A stretch of 64,000 bases of DNA from Neophaeotheca triangularis (GCA_054600435.1 BAAIJX010000050.1:62001-126000), one strand, 5' to 3'. Numbered from the stretch's first letter, positions 12,276 through 24,952 are shown. Made by a program: numbers and translations. The notes: a model not told the origin generated them from the sequence alone.

Positions 12276-13112
12276 ATGGCCGAAGTGGCAGTGCTGGATC
12301 AATACGAGCGCGAGTTCCTGCTACCATTCTTGCCTCTTAAAGGGCAAAATCCGACCGATGCGACGCCACAAAACGATCAAAAAGCGCCTGGTTTGCCTTT
12401 CGTAACCCTAACATATGCTCAGTCCATGGACTCTATGATTGCAGCCGCGCCAGGTGAACGTACTACTCTCTCTGGCATGGAAACCAAAAGCATGACCCAT
12501 TATCTCCGAATCAATCACGCTGCCATTCTCGTTGGCGTTGGTACTGCTGTAGCCGATAATCCAGGTCTCAACTCGCGATATCCAGGCACAACCCTAGCCC
12601 AACAGCCGCAGCCCATCATCGTCGATCCTCACGGAAGATGGAACGGTCCAGAGACCAAAGTTGAGCAGCTCGCAAGGGATGGTAAGGGCCATCGGCCTTT
12701 GTGGTTCACGAGCAATCCACGTGGGAGCGACGAAGATGCGGGGGATCGATCCGAAGGTGAGCGCAAGCAGGTGTTAGTGCCTTTGGGAAATGATGGTCGT
12801 TTGGATTGGCATGATGTTCTTTGCCGTATCAAGAAAGCAGGCTGCGACAGCGTGATGGTTGAGGGTGGTGCTTATATCATCAATGAACTTCTGGAAAAAC
12901 CTGATTTGGTGGACAGTGTCATTGTCACGATTGCACCCACCTGGCTCGGGGATGGTGGTGTTTGCGTGAAGCCCACGGATCGAAAGGAAGCGCGTGAAGG
13001 CATGAGTGCTCGATCGAATGCCGCCACTCTGTCCAAGACTGCTTGGAGGCAGTTTGGGCAAGACGCCGTCGTTTGCGGGCGTCTGTTGCGTCGGAATCAG
13101 ATGTCTGCGTGA
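12276..13112 (+). CDS. RIB7: 2,5-diamino-6-(ribosylamino)-4(3H)-pyrimidinone 5'-phosphate reductase (riboflavin biosynthesis, RibD_C family), ~278 aa
   Basis: Motifs PFVTLTYAQSMD, 'THYLR..HAAILVGVGTAVADNPGLN', 'SVMVEGGA' and 'VTIAPTWLG' are typical of fungal Rib7. The first in-frame ATG is at 12276 and the gene is intronless. Confidence 0.93.
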   Translation: MAEVAVLDQYEREFLLPFLPLKGQNPTDATPQNDQKAPGLPFVTLTYAQSMDSMIAAAPGERTTLSGMETKSMTHYLRINHAAILVGVGTAVADNPGLNSRYPGTTLAQQPQPIIVDPHGRWNGPETKVEQLARDGKGHRPLWFTSNPRGSDEDAGDRSEGERKQVLVPLGNDGRLDWHDVLCRIKKAGCDSVMVEGGAYIINELLEKPDLVDSVIVTIAPTWLGDGGVCVKPTDRKEAREGMSARSNAATLSKTAWRQFGQDAVVCGRLLRRNQMSA

Positions 13113-13575
13113 TGACCACTTAACGAAATACTTCGGGACTTGACAATACAATTTCGGAGAGCATTCAGTTCGCCACGCGAGGAGAATTATACTTGTAGCA
13201 AGACTGAGAGACTCAAACGCTTGTGCAACTGTGTGTCGTTGAAGGGAAGTGTGTAACTGAGTAACGAGTTCTAGCATGGCGCGGTAACTGTACTCAATAG
13301 ATCGCTACAATACCGCATCTAGAGAGCATCACATCTGGAAGAGCATTGCTACACCTACACTTGAAACGAATCTCCGCCTTGAAATAGTCGCTTGGAGTAT
13401 GTAGCTGGAGCAATTTCCTCCTATCGCAACGAAGTTCAACACAAACTCTAACCCTGTTGAGCATGTCTGACGCTCACATTGCGACATCCTTGGCTTCCCG
13501 CCGAGACGACGTTCGCGACTGGCTACTACTGCATTTCATCATTTCGCTACAAGCCAACGAGGACCTGAAGCCACA

Positions 13576-14340
13576 ATGTTTCAACGACAAGCCATCAGGG
13601 CAGTATGTACTGCCAGGTTACCGACAAGCGCACCGGCACATTGCCAGGGATGTTTCCACAGAGCTCTATCACGAGGAAGCTTCTCTGTTCCCGCCACATC
13701 ACCGCAAATCAGCAAGTTCCACACGACTACATCAGCTCAGGACGCTTCGTCTGGGACTCGCTCGACAGCACCTAGAAGCCATGACCGTGGTCCGCAGTCG
13801 AACGAGAGCACGCAGACCGACTTCAATACCTTGGACGTCCTATCAGCGACCCCGGCGCCATCGACTGCTATAGACGCATGTATGCCAGACGGATTCGCCT
13901 TGAATAGCGGCTTGAAGATCACAGGGGATAGCGGCGTGTTGCTAGTCAACGGCGAGGCTTTCAAGTGGCGACCATGGGCGAAGCCAGGGCGCCCAGAAGG
14001 GACGACAGGGCCGGGGGGCAAGGGCGGCGACAACAAGGGCGTGGCGTCGCCGGCGGGCAGTGTGCGGAATGCCAAGGGTCAGTTCGAGGTTGACGACGAT
14101 GCTTGGGGAGTGTTGGACTTGTGTTGGCCAAAGCCGGATTTGCTCGTCTTGGGCACTGGGCCTGGCATTGCGCCCATCAGCCCTTCAACAAGAGCTAGGT
14201 TGACGCAGTTGGGTATTAGAGTTGAGGTTCAGGATACTAGGAACGCGGCCGCACAGTTCAATCTGCTGGCCACGGAGCGAGGAGTTGGGCAGGTCGCTGC
14301 GGCCATGGTGCCTGTGGGATGGAACGAGCGCAAGAGATGA
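13576..14340 (+). CDS. NDUFAF3: NADH dehydrogenase (complex I) assembly factor NDUFAF3, DUF498/Mth938-like, 254 aa
   Basis: R/S/T-rich mitochondrial presequence-like N-terminus, plus Mth938 motifs 'PKPDLLVLGTG' and 'GIRVEVQDTRNAAAQFNLLATER..VAAA'. Confidence 0.9.
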   Translation: MFQRQAIRAVCTARLPTSAPAHCQGCFHRALSRGSFSVPATSPQISKFHTTTSAQDASSGTRSTAPRSHDRGPQSNESTQTDFNTLDVLSATPAPSTAIDACMPDGFALNSGLKITGDSGVLLVNGEAFKWRPWAKPGRPEGTTGPGGKGGDNKGVASPAGSVRNAKGQFEVDDDAWGVLDLCWPKPDLLVLGTGPGIAPISPSTRARLTQLGIRVEVQDTRNAAAQFNLLATERGVGQVAAAMVPVGWNERKR

Positions 14341-15125
14341 TCGACACACTACAACGGAAGGCTGGTCTAGCTACGAAGCTGAATTGTCAACGACTTCCTC
14401 GGCAACTTCTGCCTCCAGGAACAGCAGCATCCGGAAGTCGATTAGCTCACGGCCTCAGTAAAATGCATGGCTGGCCCAGTCACGAGTTGGGAAGGTCAAT
14501 GACATCCTCGGTAACTCCTACCTCGAGATGACCTGCATTCGGTAGTTTCTCATGGACGCACTGCTGCGACCTGCAAGTCACCACAACGCGGTCTTTCTCT
14601 CGGAGCTCGTACAACAATCAACGCACTCTTGTTGACGATATTCGAACGGTCGAGCCTAAGCCACGTATTTGAGCTTCTAAATGGCTAGTGCTACTCTACT
14701 GTCGACAATGATGTACAAAATCAGGAGATCGATCCGTTCAGTTGCTAGCGTGCAGCTGCAAGTCATCCACGATACTTCAAGAACGTCCAAGCACAGCCTT
14801 TAGCCTAAGGCTGTGACTACCTCTCGCGGTTGACCCTCTAATTTCGGTTAGTAGTGCTCTCAATGGAGTTGATCTCCGCACCCATTTAGCTTCTGAGTCT
14901 GATATGTACCGGACCCACTGCGCGCGGAGCGAAAAGCGAAAAAGACGGCATGCAGAATGAAATGTCGACAGCAATCGTAAATCGAGGTGAATATCACTAA
15001 CAAGACCACAATTGCACTCGTGGCATGCCGAGGTCACTCAGGTCAGTAGTTGTCATTACCAAATGACTGTAGCCGTCAGTACGCGTAGCGCTGTAGTCTC
15101 ATAACAAAGCTTTGATCGCCAAACA

Positions 15126-16427
15126 ATACGATTTCGGCTCGAGCCTCCAGCACGTTTGCCGGTACGGCGCGAAACTCGATTTCTAACTACTTTCACTACC
15201 TTACTACCTCCACAGCCCACGAACATTTCTGAACTGCCTCGTAACTACCGTCTAGTCTAGTAGTTCCACACATCTGACGCTATAGACTAGACAGCGATCC
15301 ATGTTCCGGTATCAGGTGATGGCCCGCAACTAACCCCAGAGAATTAAGTTCGCTCGCTAACAAGGTCGAAGAAGGATCAACGCAAAGCTGTTCGGATCAC
15401 TCTTGCAGATCTGAATCCACAATCATCTGACCCTGACAATCCCTGGAATACCCTAACGACGAACAGGAACGAATCACAGGAAAGGCACTCACCGTTTCGG
15501 GAGCTAGAAGACTTCAGGCTTCACTTCTGGCTCCGGAAACTCGGCTTCAGTACACATCGTCGCCTACCTAAACACCCAAGCAAACTACACGTTAGATTGA
15601 TTTCCAACCGGCCCGCACGCCGACGAACAATATCAGCGCCTTACCACTACTCATGCCATGAACTGTTAGATCATCCTAGTGCTACGTGTTAAACGAGTCG
15701 AGGCCAAACATCCACCATGGCGACCGCCGTCTTCGAGCCACCGTAGGCCCAGAGTAGCCTACACGGTAACACGCCTTGCTATGCGCCTTGCTATACGTTC
15801 CGAGGGACGTCCAGAAGCATTGCCAAGTACTGCTGCTATGGCATGTCACTGCGGGTCGGTAGTGCAGCCTCGACTTAGTTACAGACGCTCGTAGCTGGCC
15901 TTTGGCTACGCTTGCCACATCCCATGTCCAAACACTCGGAAAAGTGCCATCTCGCGAAGACGGCCATCACTGACTCGCCTTTTGCGTTTCAGCCCTATGA
16001 CGGAGGCCTAACCTTTAAGTATCGACATTTAGAAGGTATACCACGAGTAGCATCGAGAAACCTCTCTTTCCTGTCCGAGCGCCACCGGCAGATAGATGGG
16101 GTGGGCCTTACGACGAGGCAAATTTTCGGCAAGGGAAGAGGCCGCTATAACTTGTCAGGCCGCGCCATGGGCTGATGCGAAGAATACCATTCAGCACGCT
16201 CTCGCCTCTTCTACGGCGCTGCGAGAATGACCGAGCTCAAAGTTACTAATCAAAACATCAGCCTCCTTCTTGGATATGGGTCCAGCTACGGTATTACAGT
16301 GCAAATACAGAAAACTTTCTGCACTTATGAAGCGAGAATTTCGAAGTTCGGTAATGAGCCCTGTGGTTTACATCGATTCAAGCTACTGAATACCAAATTC
16401 TTCCCTTATGTTAGCCCCATAAGATGA
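15126..16427 (+). pseudogene. Possible RIP-disabled gene relic of unknown function
   Basis: One + frame runs about 430 codons with 9 stops. The first seven are all TAG/TAA (15258, 15261, 15288, 15345, 15690, 15744, 15876), and 15348-15689 is stop-free. The surrounding sequence is TpA-rich. No family was recognised. Confidence 0.35.
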
Positions 16428-17258
16428 GACCTGCCATTAGCATGCTAGGCCTTCCATCATGCGAGCAACCACAGATGAGATCCCCCTGAGCCGCATTTCA
16501 CAGGAGTGACGCAAGTATAGTCCTCGAATCATCCGTTCAGGCAGCTACAAGCCTCCTCCCGGATACTTTATGATAGCCACAAGCTCCTGACGAGACCTAC
16601 TGTTCGTATTGTACGCCTCAAATGCAAGACAAAGCTCTAAGGATCTGCCTTGAATACCCCAGCATTTGGTTTCATTCGCATGCTACTCCAAGCAAGCGCC
16701 GTTCTCTCGCAATTTGTTCCGAGATCCAAGACACGTGATAGCATTTCATCTCCAGGGGCCTTGCGAGCCTGCAATGTCCCAATGTCCAACCTGCGACTCG
16801 ACGTTTTCCACGGTGCGGTCGAATTCTAGCAAAGATACGATGCGTGTTGTTTGCGGAGCCGGTAGTGTCGAAGCAGTAGCCTTTTTTTGCAAATATCATC
16901 GTTTGGTTTTGTGAGCCTTTCATCTTGACCGTGATGCAGGACGGACACGAAAGCTGATGGTCTTCAAAATGTTGCCGGTATCCTCAACATGGTCGGCTTG
17001 CTAGTACCACTTAAAAGGGACTAGGCGTTTAGCGCAAGCCGCTCCCCCTTACGGACGTCTCGGCTTGTCCAGTGCGTTGTCGCAACAACTTGAGTCCGTC
17101 GGAGGTTGACGAGCCTTCCTTCAGACGGTCGATCGCATCAGATTCTCTGCAAAGGACTTCCCATCGGCCTCTCACAATCCCTGTACAGAGCCAGAAGCCA
17201 TAGGAAACAGCACTCAGAGGCGTACGAGCCCCCAAGATTTCATCTCCCAAACATACTC

Positions 17259-18170
17259 TCAAACCAAGACCTTCCCAAAAGCCTCGCCGACACCATTCTC
17301 CCCAAGCCAAGCCTCCAAAGCCTTCATATCCCCACGATTCGCCCTCTTCCCTCCTCTCTCAATCATCTCGGTAATCTCCCTCATACCCTCAAAAGCCCGC
17401 CGTAACTGCAGCCCACTCTCGCGATACCTCTCGCTAACCTTTTTGTGCTGCGGCGGGATGTCGCCCCAGCTGTCGGTCTTGATGAATTTCATGAAATCGT
17501 CAATAGCCGTCGCGCCACCCTCGAGACACAGGATGCCGGGTTTACCCGCCAGGAGAAAGCCCGTGAGCCCGTAGCTGGGAGCGTAAGTGACAAGGTCGTC
17601 GCGCTTGGCTCGCGTGCTGATGGAGGGGAAGTAAAACCAGGCTCGTACCAGCGGGGCGTGGGGGTCGAATAGCGCTGTTGCTGCTACTGCTGCTGCGGGA
17701 CGATTCGAGTCTTCTGCGTGCTGTGACGCTGCTTCTTGTACGTGCTCAATGATGGTTAAGACGTCCTCGTCGGGGATGGCAGCATTCAGTTCCGCTACTT
17801 GCGCTTTACTCATCCAGGCCGGCTGTAGAAGCCTCGCTCGGACAATGGCATCCTGCATATCTTCTTGGTGTAGTAACGGTACGGTAAGGCTGAGTTGTAA
17901 CGGTCTGGCGCCCTGGATGTCTGCTCGTCCGTCCTGAAGAGATAGATCAAGCAGAATGGTGATACTAGGCTCCGGAATCTCAGGCATTGAGACGTCTGTG
18001 TCGCCACCCTCGCACCACTCTCTCAGTGCTTCGATCAAAGCCACAGAGCTATCGTCAATATGCACGGCATTGTCAGGCGTATACATACTTGTCAATAGAT
18101 CAATTTGCCCAAGCTGTAGAGCCATGAGGTCTTTTGGCAAGACATTCTGCCGCTCGGCCTCGCTCAGCAT
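17259..18170 (-). CDS. RWD-domain / DUF1115 protein (RWDD2-like), ~303 aa
   Basis: RWD-like start 'LQLGQIDLLTSMY' and DUF1115-like C-terminal motifs 'RAWFYFPSISTRAKR', 'GLTGFLLAGKPGILCLEG'. The ATG is at 18170 and the gene is intronless. Confidence 0.85.
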   Translation of the reverse strand: MLSEAERQNVLPKDLMALQLGQIDLLTSMYTPDNAVHIDDSSVALIEALREWCEGGDTDVSMPEIPEPSITILLDLSLQDGRADIQGARPLQLSLTVPLLHQEDMQDAIVRARLLQPAWMSKAQVAELNAAIPDEDVLTIIEHVQEAASQHAEDSNRPAAAVAATALFDPHAPLVRAWFYFPSISTRAKRDDLVTYAPSYGLTGFLLAGKPGILCLEGGATAIDDFMKFIKTDSWGDIPPQHKKVSERYRESGLQLRRAFEGMREITEMIERGGKRANRGDMKALEAWLGENGVGEAFGKVLV

Positions 18171-18681
18171 TGTCACTATTCACGACGGAGAGTGTGAGAT
18201 TTTTCCTTCTCCTGCAGACCTCACGGAGGTCGCTCTTTCTCCTATTCCCAGCTAGTTCCTTAAAGTATTGAAGCAGCTGTTTCCGTCGGGTGAAGTTGTA
18301 CTTTTGCTAGCGGCTTGGCACGCGCTAGCACCGGCTACATCATTGGGAAGGCCTCGAAAGCACGGTAAGAAAAGGGACGAAGAGTACAATAACTTATGTG
18401 TGGCATTCAAGTCGTTAATCGATCGAGGCCAGCCCGTCACGTGTGTAAAGATGCTATATAGACCGGCAACAGAACCCCAAACGACGACCTTTGCATCCAG
18501 ACCCACTTCCACCCACGCTACTCCCCAGCAGCCCCAGCAACCTCCGCAGCACCAGTACTACCCTCACATCCGACCCGCTCCTCGGCCTCGAGCACCCCCC
18601 TTAACCACCACCTCCTCCTCCCTCCTCTCCCTAACCCTCACCCGCCCCCCCACCCTCGCCCCAACCTCCACCTGGGCCCCC

Positions 18682-19066
18682 TCAACCGCCTTGCCTCGCC
18701 TTACTCCCGGCACCGGCACCCCAGCAACCGCCCAGCACAAACGCCTCGACGTCCTCAACAAACAAGTCCATGTCGGGCATAGCCTCCCACAGCGCGGGCG
18801 TCCAGGTCGCGAACGTCAGGAGATCATGGATTGGAGGGCGAAGGACTTCGCGGACGCCTCTGTGGCGGAGGCAGGCGTGAGTGAACGGGCGGGATGGGGG
18901 ACGATGGTTTGCTAACCGCCGACGCTGCGGACGAGGGCGATGTAGGCAAGGGTTTTGACGCTGGGTGTATGGGAAGGCTTACGCGGTTGGGGATCCCGTG
19001 CATGGCTATGGTGAAGTCCATCTCAGACTCCTCGGCGTCGGTGGTGGTGGTGGTGTTGCGGTGCAT
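18682..19066 (-). CDS. Candidate small hypothetical protein, ~108 aa, 2 exons
   Basis: The ATG is in a CACCATG context. Exon 19066-18983 ends at a GTAAGC donor, a 58-nt intron ends in CCGCAG, and exon 18924-18682 continues in frame. The 5' end is C-rich and the 3' end G-rich, as in neighbouring genes. The branch site is weak and no homology was recognised. Confidence 0.4.
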
Positions 19067-19794
19067 GGTGTTGTGGTAGCGGTGGTGGGAGATGGTCTTG
19101 TTTTGAGGGAGGGGATGTAGTGGTAATGGTATCGTGGCTACGGGAAGTCGAGGTGCAGATAGTCAGGCGTCAGAAGGCCAGAGAAAAGTGAAGATTGGCC
19201 AGCGTGAGCATTTATGAAATGAGTCTCGATATCCACCACCGTGAAGAAAAGATCGAAACGAGTGTGATTGTATGCCATCTCTGAAATCCAACATATGAAG
19301 CAAGACCTAACTTGACATAGAAGATGCTAAACTCAGCTACCGTCCAACATATCCCATTGAGAGATAGTCAAACGGCTTCTCACCACACACCACCAGAAGC
19401 ACTCAGGAGATAAGTAACCGTCCACTTACCGCAGCCACGAGCACAAGATTGCTACACACATCAAAGCCACGGGACTACTCTTTTAAAGACCGTTAAAAGC
19501 GAAGAGTGAACTTACAGACCAGGAAAGCAAAGACAACAGCAGAAGCTAATGCAACAGCAAAAGCAAAAGCAAAAGCAACGGCTTGAACGCACAACTCACA
19601 GCACAAACCCCAGCCACTCCGGTACAGCCTCCTATCGCCCTCCCTGGCTCAGCAAGAAGTCAGCATAATCCACAGGCTAGATCCCCCGCACCAACCCGAC
19701 GTGGCAGCATCCTCGCGCCACACCGCCACTGCCCTTTTTATTATTCGTTCCAAGGCGAACGGCATCAAACCCCACTCCCTCCTCACTTGCAAGA

Positions 19795-22326
19795 CTAAAA
19801 CCCCAAATCCCCGCCCCCGTTGCCAAAAGGCAGTCTCAAATCGCCATCCAACGCCCAGCTCAACGGATCAAAAACAGCGTTCCCGCCGAAGCTGTCATCC
19901 CACGTCAGGCTGTCCAAACCATCACCGGGTAGATTGCCCAACCCCCCCGTAGCGCCTAAACCACCCACACCAGTAGTATTAGCAGGGACACCAAGGCCCG
20001 GCTGAAGGTGCGGGGCGTGAGCTTGGGGGTTGTTGTGGTGTGGGTTTTGTGGATTAGGGGTGCCGCTGGTGTTGGTGGAGTCGCCGGTGATGCGAGTGGG
20101 GTGCTCGACGGCTTGTTGGAGGGCGTTGGTGCCGGCGTCGCCGGTTTGTTCGCGCCAGCGCCAGATGCTGTCGTAGAGGACTGAGAGGGAGGAGCGGCAG
20201 CGGACTTGGAGCTGCAGGCTGCCGTCGGGAGGTTGCGGGCGAACGGTGCCGTCGCCCTGGCCGGTGAAGATGTTGTTGCGTTGTTCGCTGCCGCCACTGC
20301 GTTGCCAGAGCTGGGCGAGAACTTCGGCGAGGCGTTGGGGTAGGTCGTTGGAAATGACTGAGAGGCGGCGGAGGGTGTTGACGCATTTGCCGAAGAGGGC
20401 ACGCCCGGCCGACATGTCGACGTGGCTACTGTAGAAGGAGTTGAGCAATTTGAGTAGTGTGACGCCGGCTGCGAGGACCATTTGCTCAATGTAGCGTGGG
20501 ATGTGGAGTAGGATGGCTTGATCCAAATCAATCACTGCATTAAGAAGAGACGAAGCGGTTATGTAGACAGAGCGCAGGTCTGCGAGGTAGCTCGGGTGGG
20601 TTGGTTTGTCAAAGAAGGCGTGAAGACGAAGATGCAGCGCAGCTGCTTTGAGGAAAACGAGGTCGACGGCTGTGCAAAGTCAGTAACCCGGCACTTTCTT
20701 GAGGGAGTGTCGTAAATACCTGAACCGCCAGTAGACAAGACGGTGAGTTCAAGCTCAGCAATTTCCCTCCCAAACATCTCCGCAGTAAGCCCACGTTGCG
20801 CAGTATCAACTTCGACAATGTGATCGCGCTGCATGGTAAAAAGCGCCTTGGTGACCTGATCAACATACTTCTCAATCTGGCACCTCGTCTTTAGCTCTGG
20901 CCTCATACGATCAAGATGGATACCGTAAGTGAACCAAGCCCAACGACTAAGTGGAGGCTGCCCTTGACCAGTAGCCACGTTCTGCGCGACAATGTTGACT
21001 GCGGCCCACGTGTTGAGACGGTCGGCGATATCTACCTCTTGCAGGTCTACCCTGAAGCGCATAAAGTCCTGCGCATGGCTGGGACGGTGGAGACCATACT
21101 GCATTGCGAGCTGGAACATGACACCAGAGAGCATCATGGTCGGGTCTTGACTGGTGGATGAAGTGGGGAGTGGCCACGTGCAGAGGAGAGCCAGGGCTTT
21201 ACAAATGTGGTAGATTTGTGGCACTTGACTGAGCGAGGTCCAAAGCATCTGTGTGAGGGGGTGTTGAAGCTCAATCAGTAGCCCGGGCTTTGAGTCGTAG
21301 CGACGAGCAGCCACTGCGATGATTGTCCAGTGGAGAAGCGGATGCATTTTATAGTAGACGCTGTAATCTTGGTTCGGATCCAGAACGGGCAGGAACTGGT
21401 GATATGAGGAGAAGTAGATGTTGAAGAGATCCTCGACCTGCTCATCCGAGAGTACCACACCACCCAAAGCGCGCGTCGACGTACCTGGGGTGATGGAAGG
21501 GTACTGCACATGAGCAGCATCACGGTAACCCTGGCTGAGATCGAGCAGACTCCTCGACGCGGCCGCCTCGCTAGGCCCAAGATAAGAAGAGTTGTTGGCC
21601 ATGGGCGCAACCGGAGCTGAGCCAACGGACGGAGAGGCATGGTAAGTGTCGCTGCCGTAATTTGGTGTCATGTTCTGGGGCTGATCGGGGAGACGATAGC
21701 CCAGGGCTTCGAATTGAGCAACCTTATTCTTCATTTCGTCGAGCTCGCGGACAATGGCATTGTGTTCGGCGCGCTTGCCGAGCCGCTTAAACTCGCTATC
21801 GATGGAGCATGTGAGGTTGTGTTTGATGCAGCGACTGCAGGGTTTGAAGGCGCCAGGTGAGCCTGCTTGGACATCGCAACGGAGCTGGAGAGGAAGAGGA
21901 AAACTTGTCAGTGTTGCATTCTTTACCAAGCCACTGTTGGGTAGGGGGAGAGGGAAAGTGTGTGTGAATGTGAGCAAGTCTCACCTTTTGCTGCCTGCAC
22001 TCATTGCACGCCCGCTTCACTCCAGGTTGGTGTCGCGCCCTATTGGCCGTCGACGGGCTACCGGTTTCCTCTCCGTCGCCGCCCTCATCGCCGCCGCCGC
22101 CATTCAACAAGTTACCAGCGACACTCGATCTCTTGCGTTTACGGGGGGGTCCAGCTCCGCCCTCGACGGGGCTGGTGGTCTGACTCGCGCTCACCGACGG
22201 CGCATGGCTGGCGGTGGGGGATTGGGCGGGAAGCTGGTGGGGGTGCGAGTGGTGGAGCGGGGTCTGTTGTTGGTGTTGCACGGGGGGTTTGGCGTCAAAG
22301 GTGGTCGACTGTTGCTGCCAGGACAT
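19795..22326 (-). CDS. LEU3: Zn(II)2Cys6 transcription factor, LeuB/Leu3-like regulator of branched-chain amino acid biosynthesis, ~793 aa, 3 exons
   Basis: Exons 22326-21985, 21884-20720, 20669-19795, with GT-AG introns of 100 and 50 nt and ACTGAC branch sites. The Zn cluster 'VKRACNECRQQK|LRCDV...PCSRC..HNLTCSIDSEFKRLGKR' and the C-terminal 'VFDPLSWALDG' resemble filamentous-fungal LeuB. Confidence 0.82.
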
Positions 22327-23006
22327 GATGACTGAATGGCTGCCTCGACGTCGTCCGTCCGTCAGTGCGCGCGCGGGCAGAGTGAGAGTGAGCGAGGTCG
22401 GAGAGGAGGAGGGGTTGCGAAATCGGATTTCCCCCAAGATAACCTTACCCTAAGTACATAGTTAGTACCTTGGTCACTGCTGTAGACTTGCCAAGACTTT
22501 GAGGCGTAGCCGAGGGTGTATACTAGTATCATACAGTTACAGTAAGGTGCTGTGTACTCCATATCACTTCGACATGAACATTGGTAGATAGGAAGTAGGA
22601 AGTAGGAACTAGACAGAGATTACAACGAGAATAGTCGAACAATAGTCTGATCACTCCTGCAAGACAGCAAAGAGCTACTCAAGGTAAGCCGGTTGCATAG
22701 CGGCGGAGCTTTCAAGCTTTGTCTCGAGGGTCAGTGTTGGAGCATCAAGACAGATAAATCATGATTTTATTCGCTTCTCCCGTAAGTATCCAGGTCTCGG
22801 GCGCTGTCCAAGAGAGCCGCAGAAAGAGACAGGTAAGTAGATAATTCTCGTCCACTCATCAAATCCCCCTCACGCAGAAACGAGAGCCTACCGATATCAA
22901 CGCCTCAAGAATTCAACTTGAAAAGATTAAAACAAAGCAACATTCACATTCGTCAACACCAAACGAACGAACCCGGGTATCGCAGCAAACACTCTCCCTC
23001 CGCTCA

Positions 23007-24952
23007 CTACTCCACCTCCATGACCCTATAAGCCCCAGGCCCCTTCTCCCTCAAAGCCCCCTCAACCCTCTCCATAACAGCCAAGACCTTCTCCTCCTCC
23101 AACCGCCTACCCACCACCTGCACGCCCACGGGCAAACCCTCCATAGCGCCGGCGTCATACCACTTATAAGCGCCCCTGGCAACAGCGTTCATGCCCTTGA
23201 AAGTCGCCGAAGACAAAAACCCCTCCGAGAGAGCGTCTTCCTTGGCGTCGACGTGCGTCACGGGCACGACGCCCGCGCTGTAGTCGAGCAGGTTGAAGAG
23301 GAAAGTGTAGCCGCAAGCGGGGGCGGCAGTTTTCATGGCGCCGTGGGGCAGGGCCGGCGTGGCGTTTGGCGGTGCCAGGAGCACGTCCATGCCGTCTGGC
23401 TCGGTGGCTTCAATTTCCGCGGGAGTCTTGTTGTCGCTGTTGGTCGTGAATGAGTCCCACCATTCGAAGAATCGGGCTTTGTAGCTCTCGCGGCGGGAGA
23501 CCCATTGCCAGTTTTCGTAGGCGCTTTTCTCGTGCCAGCATTCTAGGAGACCGGCCCAGAGCGGATCGCGCCGGATGTACTTGGTCCAGGCCCAGTAGAA
23601 GAATTTCAAGACTCGTGGTAGGCGCATGTAGCGACCGAAAGCGGCGGCGCCTGGATCGTCGGTCTCGCCGGTTCGGAAGTAGGAGCGGAAGGTGCGTGTG
23701 CCGTCGGCGTTGAGTAGATTGCTTGCGATGACGAGGGCTTCGTAGGTGTCTGGGGGGGAAACGTCGAAGACGGTATGGCCTTGAGCGCGTAGCGCGGAGG
23801 CTGTGACATCGAGAGCACGGGCGCATGCTGGGGTTGGAGGGACGACGTTATCGGTACGCATAATGCCGATGCGGAGGGTGGGTTTTTGGCTGTAGTTGGT
23901 GTAGGTTTCGGAGCGCCAGGGTATTGGATGGCAGGAGTAGTCGTATTTCCATGGTTTCTGCTGAATGAAGGAGCGGGTGAAGTGGACGAGGTCTGGGAGC
24001 GTGCGCGACATGGGACTGAAGACTGAGGGAATGCCTTCTTGGCCCGGCATGGATGTATTGATACCGGCTTTGGGCCAGCGTCCTGTGCTGCAGCGAAGAG
24101 AATAGCAACCGGAAAAGTGAGCGGGTGCGCGCACAGAGCCGGCTACATCACTGCCAATGCCAATGCGACTGCCACCGAAAGCCAGTAAGGCACCCTCACC
24201 GCCAGTAGAGCCGCCAGGAGAGTATTTGGTGTTGTGTGGATTGAGACAGCGGCCCCAGACATCGTTGAAGCTCTCGAAGCTGAGCAGGGTGATGGGCAGA
24301 GCGGTCTTGACAAAGGGCACAGCACCAGCATCTTTGAGCATGCGTACCATGGCGCCATCCTTCGCGTACGGTTTGCCTGTGTTGCGACTGTAGCCGACAC
24401 TGACATCGAACCCTCCCACTGCTATACTGTCCTTCAAGCTCACAGGGATTCCGGCGAGAGGCCCCTTGAGATTGATTTCGCCGCTTTTGATCCACTTCTC
24501 AGCCTCGTGTATCATGACCTCCGTCAAGCAATTGGTCTTTTCATGCGCCTTGACAGTGGTCTTGCCATAGGCGCGCAGCACATCCAGTGGCTTGGTGACA
24601 TCGTTGCCAACGTCTTCAACGAGCTTATCGATTGGTGCGTCGAGGATAGATCGGTCGGTGGAAGACAAGGGAGTGTGATATGCTCCAGGAAGAGCTGCTA
24701 GTCGGCCGGCGCGTTCGTGTTGTTTTTGCTTGCTGATGGCATGGTCAGCTCATGTGCTCTTGACAAAACAGGCAAGAGATGATTAGACGAGCGAAGGGTT
24801 CTTTGTTGCATCAATGTACAACCCTCTACCTTCTAGGTAGGTAGGTACCATCCATATGTGCAAGCCCGCGGGATGAAGAGAGGGGGAACGGGACGCAAGA
24901 CATTCACTCACCACGCAGCGCGATGCTCGAAGTAGTCAAACGGTGGGATCAT
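23007..24952 (-). CDS. Amidase-signature family enzyme (acetamidase/fatty-acid amide hydrolase-like), ~588 aa, 2 exons
   Basis: Exon 24952-24912 (MIPPFDYFEHRAA), a 179-nt GTGAGT...GCTGAC...CAG intron, then exon 24732-23007. Motifs GPLAGIPVSLKD (catalytic Lys), SPGGSTGGEGAL and GIGSDVAGSVRAPA indicate an intact Ser-cisSer-Lys triad. Confidence 0.93.

Noticed and set aside
18629..18643. CCCTAACCCTCACCC as a telomeric repeat or telomerase RNA template
   Set aside because: It has fewer than two perfect units and sits in generally C-rich sequence. I found no TAACCCTAA-type template in the long intergenic regions either.
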